Source: Acidobacteriota bacterium
GTDB taxonomy: Bacteria > Acidobacteriota > UBA890 > WLXD01
Assembly (NCBI GenBank): GCA_965205505.1
Contig: CBDBHB010000009.1
Span: 1,344,001 to 1,408,000, forward strand
Length of the DNA stretch: 64,000 bases
Direction: 5' to 3'
Below the pieces are notes generated by a model that had not been told where the DNA came from, did no database searches, and saw only the letters and a list, made by a program, of their open reading frames with translations. A program made the translations under genes and the position numbers. Positions 51,712-61,087 of this stretch are shown piece by piece. How positions within the stretch are numbered: the stretch's first letter is position 1; every line of letters starts with the position of its first letter.

Positions 51712-53280
51712 ATGCACCGTCGAGTAGCAGTACTGGCCATCGCGGCAGTGCTTTGCGGGGTCGCACCCAACGCTGCCCGGGTGCAAGACGGCGGGGACGG
51801 TGCAACCGGAGTCCCGTCGCAGCAGCGGCTGCGCTACGTCAACCCGCTCGTCATGGAGAACGCCGGACGGTTGGCCGATCCCACAGTCATCAGGTTTCGA
51901 GCGAAGTACTACTTGTATCTGACCGGCGGAGTCTCGCCCGGCGGAAGCCTCGGGGCGGCCGTTTGGTCGTCCGAAGACCTGGTGAGCTGGAAGCACCACC
52001 TGGTATCCATTCCGGAAGGCCGCGGTATCTCGGCGCCCACGGCCTTCGCCTACGAGGGCTACGTATACCTGACCGGCAACGACTCCGGGCTGTTTCGCAG
52101 CCGTGATCCGTTGGGCCCCTTCGAGTTCTTCGGCGACTTCGTCGACGAGCACGGCCATCGGCTCGAGGGCGACCTGCACGCCGCTTGCGGCGGCTGCGAG
52201 GACGGGGGCGTATTCGACCCGGCGGTCTTTGTCGACGACGACGACCGCGTCTACCTCTACTACGCCGGCGGTGGCACCGACGGCGTGTACGGCGTCGAGC
52301 TCGACCGCACCGACCTGCGCAGGTTCGCGGGTCCCTACGAGCACTTCTTCCGCTTCGAGCCCGCGCATGTGTGGGAGCGTTACGGCAGCCGCAACGAGAT
52401 GAGCGCCGAGAGCTGGATCGAAGGGCCGTGGATGACCAAGCACAACGGAACCTACTACCTGCAGTACGCCGCCCCGGGAACCGACTGGATTACCTACGGC
52501 GTGGGCGTATACACGAGCGACAAGCCGCTGGGTCCGTACAGCTACTACGAGGGCAGCCCGATCCTCGTTCATCACGGCGGACTGATCAACGGCTCCGGTC
52601 ACCACAGCGTCGTCGAGGGCCCCGACGGAAGCCTGTGGGCGATCTATACGCTGCTGTACCGAAACTGGAACCGTATGTTCGAGCGCCGTATCGGCATGGA
52701 TCCCGTCGGCTTCGACGAGCAGGGCAACATGTTCATCAACGGCCCATCCGAGGTCCCACAGTGGGCGCCGGGAGTCAGGGACAAGCCCTGGGAGGGCAAC
52801 GATAGCGGCGCGCTGCCCTTGTCGCAGGACAAGAACTACGTTGTCAGCAGCGAGGCCCCGGGCCGCAACGCCCCCTACGCTTTCGACAACAACGCCAGAA
52901 CCTGGTGGGCGCCTGCCAAAGACGACACCGAACCCTGGATGGAGCTCGACCTGGCGGCAGGCTGGTCACAGGACTACGTCGTCGACTCCGCGCGGATCCT
53001 GTTCGCGCTGCCCGAAGGCGATGTGGAGGATGAGTCCAGCCCCAACAACCGCGGCGACGGCTCCAGGATCCGCCACTACAAGATCGAGGTGTCGCTGGAC
53101 GGCGACACGTACACCATCGTTGTTGACAAGACCGTCAACGACCGCGACAACGCCGTCGAGTTCGACGAGATCACCCCGGTGGAGTGCCGCTACGTCAGGC
53201 TGACGATCACCGGCTGGCCAGCAGATCTTCGACCTGGGGTGCTCGAATTCACCGTGTTCGGCAGGTCGTTGCCGCACTAG
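51712..53280 (+). CDS. glycoside hydrolase family 43 with C-terminal F5/8 type C (CBM32-like) domain
   Basis: YVNP..ADP, APT, FDPAVFVDDD, WIEGPW, GSGHHS, AFDNN.RTWW, CRYVRL. Confidence 0.88.
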   Translation: MHRRVAVLAIAAVLCGVAPNAARVQDGGDGATGVPSQQRLRYVNPLVMENAGRLADPTVIRFRAKYYLYLTGGVSPGGSLGAAVWSSEDLVSWKHHLVSIPEGRGISAPTAFAYEGYVYLTGNDSGLFRSRDPLGPFEFFGDFVDEHGHRLEGDLHAACGGCEDGGVFDPAVFVDDDDRVYLYYAGGGTDGVYGVELDRTDLRRFAGPYEHFFRFEPAHVWERYGSRNEMSAESWIEGPWMTKHNGTYYLQYAAPGTDWITYGVGVYTSDKPLGPYSYYEGSPILVHHGGLINGSGHHSVVEGPDGSLWAIYTLLYRNWNRMFERRIGMDPVGFDEQGNMFINGPSEVPQWAPGVRDKPWEGNDSGALPLSQDKNYVVSSEAPGRNAPYAFDNNARTWWAPAKDDTEPWMELDLAAGWSQDYVVDSARILFALPEGDVEDESSPNNRGDGSRIRHYKIEVSLDGDTYTIVVDKTVNDRDNAVEFDEITPVECRYVRLTITGWPADLRPGVLEFTVFGRSLPH

Positions 53281-53294
53281 CAGGCCGTGGCTAG
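53277..53294. repeat. minimal CTAG-MITE relic
   Basis: CTAG-CAGGCCGTGG-CTAG: first 10 bp of the TIR between two CTAG, at the GH43 stop codon. Confidence 0.7.
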
Positions 53295-53327
53295 CGACAA
53301 GTCCAGATCCCTATATCCCCGCCAATG

Positions 53328-53363
53328 AAAACGACGGCCCCATCCCGAAGGGTGAGGCCGTCG
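53328..53363 (-). terminator. rho-independent terminator of the NHL gene
   Basis: Minus strand CGACGGCCTCACCC-TTCG-GGATGGGGCCGTCG-TTTT with a cUUCGg loop. Confidence 0.7.
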
Positions 53364-53390
53364 AGCCCTACAGCCGCTGTGGCTGGGCGA

Positions 53391-54596
53391 TCAGTTGCTG
53401 CGACGCCTGTCGGTCGGCCACGCGGCGCCGATATCACCGCCAGGATTCGCGCCCATGCCCATATACGTGAACTTCTGGATCCGCGTGCCCTCGTATGTCT
53501 CGGTCGTGTAGATGTTGCCAGACGAGTCCGTGGCGATCGAGTGCACCGCGAAGAAGAGGCCGGGCTGGCGGCCACCGTCGCCGAAGCTGTAGAGAACTTC
53601 GAGCGACTCACGGTCGATGACATAGACCTTCATGTTCTGGCCGTCGGCCAGGTACATGAACTGCTGCTCGGGGTCGGGAGAGAAGGCGACGTCCCACGTC
53701 GAGCCCTGCGACAGCGTCGCGGGAGCGATGATCGTCTCTTTGACGAACTTGCCTTCGGTCGTGAACACGGAGATCCGGTTCGACGGACGATCGCAGACGT
53801 AAACCATCCCGTCGTTGGTTCTGTCGGCGCAGTGCACCGGGGTGCGGAAGTTCTGCGGCGGGGTCTCGCCGGGCTGATAAGGCGGCGGACGCTCGTCGGT
53901 CGGCCGGTTTCCGTAGGCGCCCCAGTAGCGCTTCATGGCACCGCTGGTGGCGTCCAAGACCGCGACGCGGTGGTTGCCGTAACCGTCCGCCACGAAGATC
54001 TCGTTGTTCTCCTGGTCGAACGAGACCTTCGCGACCATTCCGAAGTTCGTGTCGCTGTTGCTGTCGAGCGGCACACCCGACTCACCGAACTGGGCCAGGA
54101 ACTGCCCGTCGGTCGTGAACTTCACGATGTGCCGATCGTCGCCACCGTTGCCGCCGATCCAGACGTTGCCCATGTCGTCCACAGCGATGCCGTGGTTCGA
54201 CGCCGGCCAGGTGTAGTCGCCTGTCTCGGTACCGGGTCCGCCCCATGCGTGGAGCAGATTACCGTCCTGGTCGAAGTGCAGGACGGGGGGAGCGGGTTGG
54301 CAGCACGCGGAGACCGGCGGGTCCTGCGCAAGGCCGATCTCGGTGTTGGCAGCGAACTGGTCCGGCGTATTCCGATGGACGAGCCAGATGCCGTCGTCGT
54401 TGTCGACGGCCACGCCGATGGTGGCACCCATCAGCCAGTGGTTCGGCAGCGGCTTCGGCCAGAACGGGTCGACCTGGAACAGCGGTACGTCCCCGGGTGC
54501 CGCAGCGGCCATGTCGTCCATGGCATCTGCGGCGAGGGCGACGACAGTGATGAGTCCGACCAGAGCCAGACCGTATGTCAGGTTGCGCTTCTGCAT
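53391..54596 (-). CDS. secreted NHL-repeat beta-propeller (PAL-like)
   Basis: FQVDPFWPKPLP, HGIAVD, ADGYGNHRV, YVCDR.SNRI, VHSIATDS.GNIYT. Confidence 0.85.
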   Translation of the reverse strand: MQKRNLTYGLALVGLITVVALAADAMDDMAAAAPGDVPLFQVDPFWPKPLPNHWLMGATIGVAVDNDDGIWLVHRNTPDQFAANTEIGLAQDPPVSACCQPAPPVLHFDQDGNLLHAWGGPGTETGDYTWPASNHGIAVDDMGNVWIGGNGGDDRHIVKFTTDGQFLAQFGESGVPLDSNSDTNFGMVAKVSFDQENNEIFVADGYGNHRVAVLDATSGAMKRYWGAYGNRPTDERPPPYQPGETPPQNFRTPVHCADRTNDGMVYVCDRPSNRISVFTTEGKFVKETIIAPATLSQGSTWDVAFSPDPEQQFMYLADGQNMKVYVIDRESLEVLYSFGDGGRQPGLFFAVHSIATDSSGNIYTTETYEGTRIQKFTYMGMGANPGGDIGAAWPTDRRRSN

Positions 54597-54732
54597 CGAA
54601 ATTCATCTCCCTGGCAGAGAAGGGCAGGCTCAATCTGCCCGAAATCTACACTGTGAGGGCCGATCCGACAATCGTCGAACGGTCACCCGGTGAGGTAGCC
54701 CTCTCCGCCCGGGCTGCGGTAGCTTTCCGGCC

Positions 54733-56139
54733 ATGTCCGACCAAGCACGTATCCGCCGCTCGGCCGTGCTCGTCGTCGCGCTGGTTCTGCTTCTCCCGAC
54801 CTGGTCGGGTGAGGCGCACGAGATCCCCGCCGACGTGACGCTCCAGGCGTTCGTTGCTCCCGAGGGGGGCACGATCCGAGCCCTGGTTCGAGTTCCGCTA
54901 CTGTCGATGAGGGACTACAACTTCCCCGTCCGGGATCCCGGATACCTGGAGCTACCCGAGGCGGCCGAGCTGAGCCGTGAAGCCGCGGTCCAGTGGATCG
55001 GCAACTACGTCGAGATGTTCGAGGAGGGCACCTCGCTGGGTCTGCCGGAGGTGACCGACGTTCGTATTGCCATTCCAGGGGATCGGGCCTTCCAGAGCTA
55101 CGAGACGGCGATCGCGAACGTGCGGTCGTCCGCTCTTCCCGTCGGTACGGATCTTCCGTTCCAGCAGGCGATGCTCGACGTGCTCATGGAGTGGCCCATC
55201 TCCTCGGAGGATTCCGAATTCACCATCGACGCCCGTTGGGCGCACCTGGGGCTGAGGACGCTGACGGTCCTGCGGTTCCTGCCGGCCGGCGGCCCGGAGC
55301 GCGCCTTCCAGTACACGGGTAACCTGGGGCTCTTCAGGCTCGACCCGCGGTGGCACCAGGCCGCCTGGCGCTTCATCGTTCTGGGATTCGAGCACATTCT
55401 CGACGGCATCGATCACCTGCTGTTTCTGTTCTGCTTGGTCGTGCCGTTCCGCAGATTCTGGGCGCTCGTTCCGATCGCGACCTCCTTCACGATCGCCCAC
55501 TCGATCACGCTGATCGCGTCGGCGCTCGGTCTCGCTCCCAACGCGCTCTGGTTTCCCCCGCTCATCGAGACGCTGATCGCGCTGTCGATCGTATTCATGG
55601 CCTTCGAGAACATCATCGGGGCGAAGCTACAGCGCAGATGGATGCTCGCGTTCGGGTTCGGGCTCATCCACGGTTTCGGATTCTCGTTCGCCCTCTCGGA
55701 GTCCCTGCAGTTCGCCGGCGCTCACCTCATCACGTCCCTGCTGTCCTTCCACGTCGGCGTGGAGCTCGGTCAGCTCGTCGTTCTCGCGCTGACCGTGCCG
55801 GTGCTCGACTTCCTGTTCCGACGTTGGCTTCCCGAGGTGCTGGGCACGATCGTGCTGTCGGCCTTCCTGGCGCACACGGGCTGGCACTGGATGACTGAGC
55901 GGGGAGCGGAGCTCATCCAGTACGACTTCCGCGTCCCCGTGATGGACATTGCGTTCGCCGCAATTCTCCTCCGATGGATCATGTTGGGTCTGATCATCGT
56001 CGGTACGGTTTGGATTCTCAGAGGCGCCTTCGGCGTGCTGCCGAACGCGTACGCCGACGACGTGGATGGGTCGAACGACGATCGGGCCAAGGCCGATCCC
56101 GACCCCGTCTCACCGGTGTGCGGATGGCGGCGGATCTGA
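54733..56139 (+). CDS. HupE/UreJ family membrane protein with periplasmic N-terminal domain
   Basis: AHEIP, GFEHILDGIDHLLF, TSFTIAHSITL, FGLIHGFGF, GVELGQ. Confidence 0.88.
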   Translation: MSDQARIRRSAVLVVALVLLLPTWSGEAHEIPADVTLQAFVAPEGGTIRALVRVPLLSMRDYNFPVRDPGYLELPEAAELSREAAVQWIGNYVEMFEEGTSLGLPEVTDVRIAIPGDRAFQSYETAIANVRSSALPVGTDLPFQQAMLDVLMEWPISSEDSEFTIDARWAHLGLRTLTVLRFLPAGGPERAFQYTGNLGLFRLDPRWHQAAWRFIVLGFEHILDGIDHLLFLFCLVVPFRRFWALVPIATSFTIAHSITLIASALGLAPNALWFPPLIETLIALSIVFMAFENIIGAKLQRRWMLAFGFGLIHGFGFSFALSESLQFAGAHLITSLLSFHVGVELGQLVVLALTVPVLDFLFRRWLPEVLGTIVLSAFLAHTGWHWMTERGAELIQYDFRVPVMDIAFAAILLRWIMLGLIIVGTVWILRGAFGVLPNAYADDVDGSNDDRAKADPDPVSPVCGWRRI

Positions 56140-56287
56140 AGCACATCCAGCCGATGCCGAAAGGGAGCTGATTCTCCCGGAACGAGAGGTAGCTCGTTCC
56201 CGCAGGGCTCAGTGTGCCTGTTGCGTATCGGACACCATACGCGCCATGCTGTTGCGCGGGTTTCATTCAACACGAAAGGAGCAGGCG

Positions 56288-56776
56288 ATGTACGGCAACA
56301 AGAGCAGGTTGGCGCGAGGGCTCGGATTGGTGGCCTGGAGCGTGGCGATGGTGACGGTCGGTGCGATCATCGGCCAGGTGGGCCCGGTGGCCCCCTACGC
56401 CGAGGCCGCGGGGCGAGCGATGGCGGTGGTCGAGCTGGACGACGGCAAGCTCGCGGGCGAGGGCCTCGGCGAGTTCGGCCCCTACTCGAAGCTCAGCGAC
56501 TTCGACGCTCGCGGTCACACCTTCTACCAGAGCGCCGACGGCAACCTCTCCATCGGCGTCTGGGAGGCAACCCCCGGCGTGCTCAACGTGCCGGATCCCT
56601 ATGTAGTCGACGAGCTGATGTACGTGCTCGAAGGCGAGATCGTCCTCACCGATGTCGACGGCAACGTGAGCACTCATGGTCCCGGCGATGGCGTCGTACT
56701 GCCGAAGGGCTGGACGGGCACGTTCGCGGTGCCCGACGGCGTGCGCAAGATCTACGTAACCTACGCGGCCGAATAG
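56288..56776 (+). CDS. secreted cupin domain protein (EutQ/cupin_3-like)
   Basis: IGVWEATPG, DELMYVLEGEIVL, GPGDGVVLPKGWTG. AAAGGAG RBS. Confidence 0.85.
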   Translation: MYGNKSRLARGLGLVAWSVAMVTVGAIIGQVGPVAPYAEAAGRAMAVVELDDGKLAGEGLGEFGPYSKLSDFDARGHTFYQSADGNLSIGVWEATPGVLNVPDPYVVDELMYVLEGEIVLTDVDGNVSTHGPGDGVVLPKGWTGTFAVPDGVRKIYVTYAAE

Positions 56777-56875
56777 AGGAAGCGCCGCCACTGTCATCGG
56801 TTGCACACGCCCTTTCTTGTGATGCGTGTAGCGATCGACTGCCGATCGCGGTCTTCCTCCGCACACACCCGGAGA

Positions 56876-56926
<51 letters not shown>

Positions 56927-56943
56927 TCGCATAAAGGACTATG

Positions 56944-56980
56944 AAAAAAGGGGATTCGGCCAGCGCGGCCGGGTCCCTTT
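56944..56980. terminator. bidirectional hairpin terminator
   Basis: AAAAAAGGGGATTCGGCC-AGCGC-GGCCGGGTCCCTTT right after the tRNA fragment. Confidence 0.75.
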
Positions 56981-57236
56981 CGTCGTCTTTTCGGCCGAAA
57001 TCCCACGTGTATGCCGCGGTTCGGCTCCTCTCGGAAAAGGAGTCTCCGATGCTGCCATGAGCACGCGCAGACGTTTCCGGAAGACTGCACCCGGTGCGCC
57101 CCATGTCTTGATCGGGTGGATCGCGAGCAGCGCCAGGACTTCCTCGTAAGCGTCAGGCTTGCCGGGATTAGGCATAGTGTCACCTCGGCTGATTGTGACA
57201 CGAGTGACATCGCTTGATCTACGTAGAGATCGCGCG

Positions 57237-58595
57237 CTAGCGTTGCCCGATCTCCAGCGCCTTGATCGTTTGCCGGTCTCGCAAGTAGAGGACCGTGCCG
57301 ACGAGGGTCGGCGCCGTCCATGATGTACCGGTCAGCACTTCAGCCTTCGAGATGACCGTCAGGCCCTCCGGTGAAACCTCCGTGAGCGCCAGGTTGCCGT
57401 CCTCGTCGAGGATGATCGCCTTGCCGTCGGCGTATAGAAAGTTCGACCGGGAGAAGCCGCGCTCCTGCCACGCCGCGGTGCCCGTCCGGAGGTTGAGTGC
57501 CGTAATAAACGCCGGGCCGAAGCCGCCGCTGCTTCCGTAGATGAAGTTACCCACCCGAATCGTGCTACCGAACATGATCTGCATGTCGCGAGTAAACCAA
57601 AGCTCGTCGACCTTGGTGCCGCCACCCGCCTTGGACAAACGCATGCCGCGGCTGCCCCCGTCGTATGCCGATGAGACGAACAACACGCTGTCCTGTCCCC
57701 AAACCGCCGTCGTGTTGTTCATGTCGCCATAGGTGTCGTGCGGGGTGCTCCAGAGGATCTCACCGCTGTCCGGGTTCAGTCCGTTGATTGTCTGGCCTCC
57801 CACGACGACCAGCTGAGTCTCGCCATCAAGCTCGATCAGGATCGGCGAAGATGGCGCGATCAGGAAATCGCCGCTCTTCCAGACCAGCGAGCCGTCGCGC
57901 TGATTGAAGGCCATCACCGACTGGCCGTCGCCCCCGGCGGTCACGATTACCATGTTGTCGTACGCGAGAGGGCTGCAGGCGTAGCCGGCCGTCACGCCGA
58001 CGACCGCCCGGATCAACGTCGGCGGCGCACCGTACTCAGCGACGAGATCGTGCGACCAAAGAACCTCGCCGGTCCGCTTGTCGAGGGCGTGGATCTGCTT
58101 GTTCGTGCCGGCAGTGAACAGCCGCTCACCGACGATGAGCGGCGTCGCGTGCGGCCCCGCCCCGCGACTGAAATCCAAGGGCTGAGAGCCGTAGGCGTAC
58201 TCCCAGATCGTTCCTCCGGTGGCAGCGTCCAGCGCGATGACGAGCTCTTCGCCTGCCCATTGGTTGGGCGGTGCCCCATCGAGGTGCGGCCGGTACATCG
58301 TGTAGAGGTGGGCGTCGTCGACGACAATCGTGGAATGGCCCAGGCCAAGCGGTCGGCTCCAGATTTCCCTGGGCCCTGCTTCGGGCCACGAGTCGGCGAG
58401 GCTCGTAGCGTCGGAGATGAAGTTCCGGTGCGGTCCGCCCCACTGCCGCCAGGTAGCTTGCTCGGTCGGTGATTGGGCCGCTAGGTTGGCGACTGCTCCG
58501 AGAGCGAGAGAAACTGCCGACAGCAGCAAGAATGCGCGGCGCGTTCCTTGCGAACGCGCCCGATGTCGGAGTGCTACCAGCGTTGGTCGTTTCAT
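57237..58595 (-). CDS. PQQ-binding-like (BamB-like) beta-propeller protein, secreted
   Basis: WRQWGGP, ALDAATGGTIW, GPHATP, SSPI, SWTAPTL, LYLRD. Confidence 0.88.
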   Translation of the reverse strand: MKRPTLVALRHRARSQGTRRAFLLLSAVSLALGAVANLAAQSPTEQATWRQWGGPHRNFISDATSLADSWPEAGPREIWSRPLGLGHSTIVVDDAHLYTMYRPHLDGAPPNQWAGEELVIALDAATGGTIWEYAYGSQPLDFSRGAGPHATPLIVGERLFTAGTNKQIHALDKRTGEVLWSHDLVAEYGAPPTLIRAVVGVTAGYACSPLAYDNMVIVTAGGDGQSVMAFNQRDGSLVWKSGDFLIAPSSPILIELDGETQLVVVGGQTINGLNPDSGEILWSTPHDTYGDMNNTTAVWGQDSVLFVSSAYDGGSRGMRLSKAGGGTKVDELWFTRDMQIMFGSTIRVGNFIYGSSGGFGPAFITALNLRTGTAAWQERGFSRSNFLYADGKAIILDEDGNLALTEVSPEGLTVISKAEVLTGTSWTAPTLVGTVLYLRDRQTIKALEIGQR

Positions 58596-58703
58596 TAAGA
58601 TCCGTCGAGATCCGCGTCTGGTTGTCACCGTCTCGCTGTCCGAGCCGCAGGGTCAGGTCACAGCCATGTCCTGGGCAGCTAGTGACGAATCACTCGGCCT
58701 CAG

Positions 58704-59114
58704 TTACTTCCACTCCCAGCATTTGTTGACAGCACTCCCGTCCGGAGCCACGTTGTACTCGCCGGCCAGGCCGATGCTATTCAAGTCGGCATACTTTGGC
58801 GACGTGCTGTGAGCGTGGAGCATTGTCAGGAAGTTGGTCGTGCCTCCAGGCGGCGGGGCTTGCCCGGAGCCATGTCCGATGAGGTGTATGACATCTCCAT
58901 CCTGAGTGGTCATGACTCCATGGCCCGACCCGTACATCGACCCGTCGGGTCTCGTCAGCGTGGTGTAGGTCCAGATAGTGGTCTCGGCCACCCCTCGGAT
59001 TGTTCCTGTGAGCTGAAGGCATGTTTCGGTATTGGTGCCGGACGCATCTGCAGAAAGGACACGAATGCCAGTCACTTGGCCCGTCTCCTCCAAGATGAGG
59101 TCACCTAACGCCAT
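58704..59114 (-). CDS. hypothetical protein (136 aa)
   Basis: GAGGAG/GAGA RBS, coding-like composition, C-terminal WEWK. Confidence 0.7.
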   Translation of the reverse strand: MALGDLILEETGQVTGIRVLSADASGTNTETCLQLTGTIRGVAETTIWTYTTLTRPDGSMYGSGHGVMTTQDGDVIHLIGHGSGQAPPPGGTTNFLTMLHAHSTSPKYADLNSIGLAGEYNVAPDGSAVNKCWEWK

Positions 59115-59347
59115 TGTCTCTTCTCCTCTTTCTTGTTCCCCAGCGTAGAATGCGGTGAGGCGAATCCCGCCTTATACACCAATCCCCCTCTCGCTGCCCG
59201 TACTGCGCGCGCCCTCATACCTGATCCCGTCGAGCTGCCGCTGCTGCTGACCGAGCACGGAGGTGAGCGACTGGCTCCCTACGTTGGACCCTCGTGTGCC
59301 CCAACGATAGGCTTCACGCGGTCACCCACCTCCCCCTCGGGAGCGCC

Positions 59348-59488
59348 ATGGAACCCGGCACCAAACTAGGTCCATACGAAATCACCGAGCAGCTCGGTGC
59401 TGGCGGTATGGGGCAGGTGTACCGAGCACGCGACACGACGCTGGATCGTGATGTCGCCATCAAGGTGCTGCCGGAGGACTTCGCCACC
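59348..59488 (+). pseudogene. Ser/Thr protein kinase N-terminal fragment
   Basis: [46 protein letters not shown], then similarity is lost. Confidence 0.85.
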
Positions 59489-59601
59489 TGCGGAACTACA
59501 GCGGGTGGTTCCCGCGGGGCGGTGATCCGGTGGGCGGTCCTCGATTTCGGATTGGCAACCGGCTATTCTCATGGCCGCTCGTAAAGGACGGAAGTCCCTG
59601 A

Positions 59602-60656
59602 ATGTATCTGTCCCCCCGCGATACCGACGGCCTGCCTATTTTTCTTGGCTTGGCCGTGCTCTTGTTCGGGGTTGCCTGCGCCCCTCAGGACGCGGCCCAA
59701 ACGCGAGCTTCGGACGCTATGGAGCCAGTCGCGGACCAAGCCGCTCCTCAGGGAGAGCATGCCGTCGTGACCATTCTGACTACGAACGGCGCCGACTTTC
59801 TAGGCTCGATGAACCCGCTGCAAGGGGAGTGGAGCTTCGCAGCGTGGGTCGAGATCGGCGGCAGGTCGTTTCTTTTCGATACGGGGTGGTCGCCGGACAA
59901 CGTTCTCTCCAACGCTGAGGTTCTGGGCATCGATCTATCGGCGGCGGAAGATCTCATCCTGAGCCACAACCACATGACCACACCGGCGGGATCGAGACCC
60001 TGAGAACGGTGCTATCGAAGCGAAACCCGAGCGCGCTTTCGCGTATCCACGTAGCGGAAGGCATCTTCGCCTCTCGACCCGGCCCGGACGGGGGCGAGAA
60101 CAACCCGATGATCGCGTCGCGCCAACGCCTCGAAGCAATGGGTTCGACCTTCATAATCTATGACGGGCCGGCCGAGATCTCGCCCGGCGTCTGGGTCACC
60201 GGCCCGGTCCCCAGAGTCCACGAAGAGAAAAACTACGACACGGGCCCCGACGCGGTCGTGGTTCTGGATGGCAAGCTCGTACCCGACGTCTTTCCCGAGA
60301 GCCAGTCTCTCGTCGTACTTGCTGCTGGCGGACCGATTTTCATAACGGGGTGCGGACACGCCGGCTTGATCAACACGCTCGATTACGGCCGGGCACAGAT
60401 CTCCGACCTGCCACCGCAGGCGGCGATCGGCGGCTTCCACGTCTACAACGCGTCCGAAGAGACTTTGCGTTGGACCTCGGAAAAGCTCGCCGAGGCGCGC
60501 CTCGGCAACTTCGTCGGTTCGCATTGCACCGGCTTCGAAGCTGTCTTGCGGATTCGGGAGCTGGCCGGGATGGAACGCGAGCACGCCGTCATTGGCGCAA
60601 TCGGCACCCGGTTCGAGACCAGCTCTGGGATTGTCCCTGGCAACATCAATCGCTGA
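59602..60656 (+). pseudogene. MBL-fold metallo-hydrolase lipoprotein, frameshifted in HxHxDH
   Basis: GEWSFAA, FLFDTG, ILSHNH then DHTGGIETL in another frame (one base missing near 59974), TGCGHAG, IGGFH, SHCTG. Confidence 0.8.
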
Positions 60657-60782
60657 GTGCTTGCCCTCCTCGACCCGCGACGCAGTGCCGGTCTCTCAAC
60701 TGTTCCATCGACGACTTTATGGCGCCCGATTCTGGGAGCCGTTTGTGTCGCCAGCGACGCCCCTATTACGACAGCTGTTTGT

Positions 60783-60842
60783 CTGCACCTTGTCACCAAC
60801 TGGTTCGACGAGCTGAAGCGGCTCGTACCGACGGACCCGTAG
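60783..60842 (+). pseudogene. C-terminal tail of a kinase-TolB/PD40-type protein
   Basis: LHLVTNWFDELKRLVPTDP* resembles the xVVxNWFEELKRLVP terminus I recall for acidobacterial Ser/Thr kinases. Confidence 0.65.
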
Positions 60843-60940
60843 CGTCGCTAGCTCAGTCTCACGAAACGGCATCGTCCGTGGACCCTAGCCTGCCCCAGCG
60901 ATAGGCTTCAGGCGCTCACCCGCCCCTCTGTGGTAGCGCC

Positions 60941-61087
60941 ATGGAACCCGGCACCCGACTAGGTCAGCACGAGATCACCGAGCAGCTCGGCGCTGGCGGC
61001 ATGGGAGAGGTGTACCTGGCGCAGGACACGCCAAGGTGGCCATCAAGGTGCTGCGCGCCGAGTTTGCCCCCGATCCCGAGCGCCTCG
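60941..61087 (+). pseudogene. second Ser/Thr protein kinase N-terminal fragment
   Basis: [30 protein letters not shown], shift, KVAIKVLRAEFAPDPERL. Ends at the permease stop. Confidence 0.85.

Noticed and set aside
53325-54656. 443-aa plus-strand ORF, and similar long antisense ORFs (3299-4354, 21760-22941, 22565-23857, 28099-29103, 44867-45973, 50480-51655)
   Set aside because: Shadows of well-supported genes on the opposite strand in GC-rich DNA, with no recognisable motifs.
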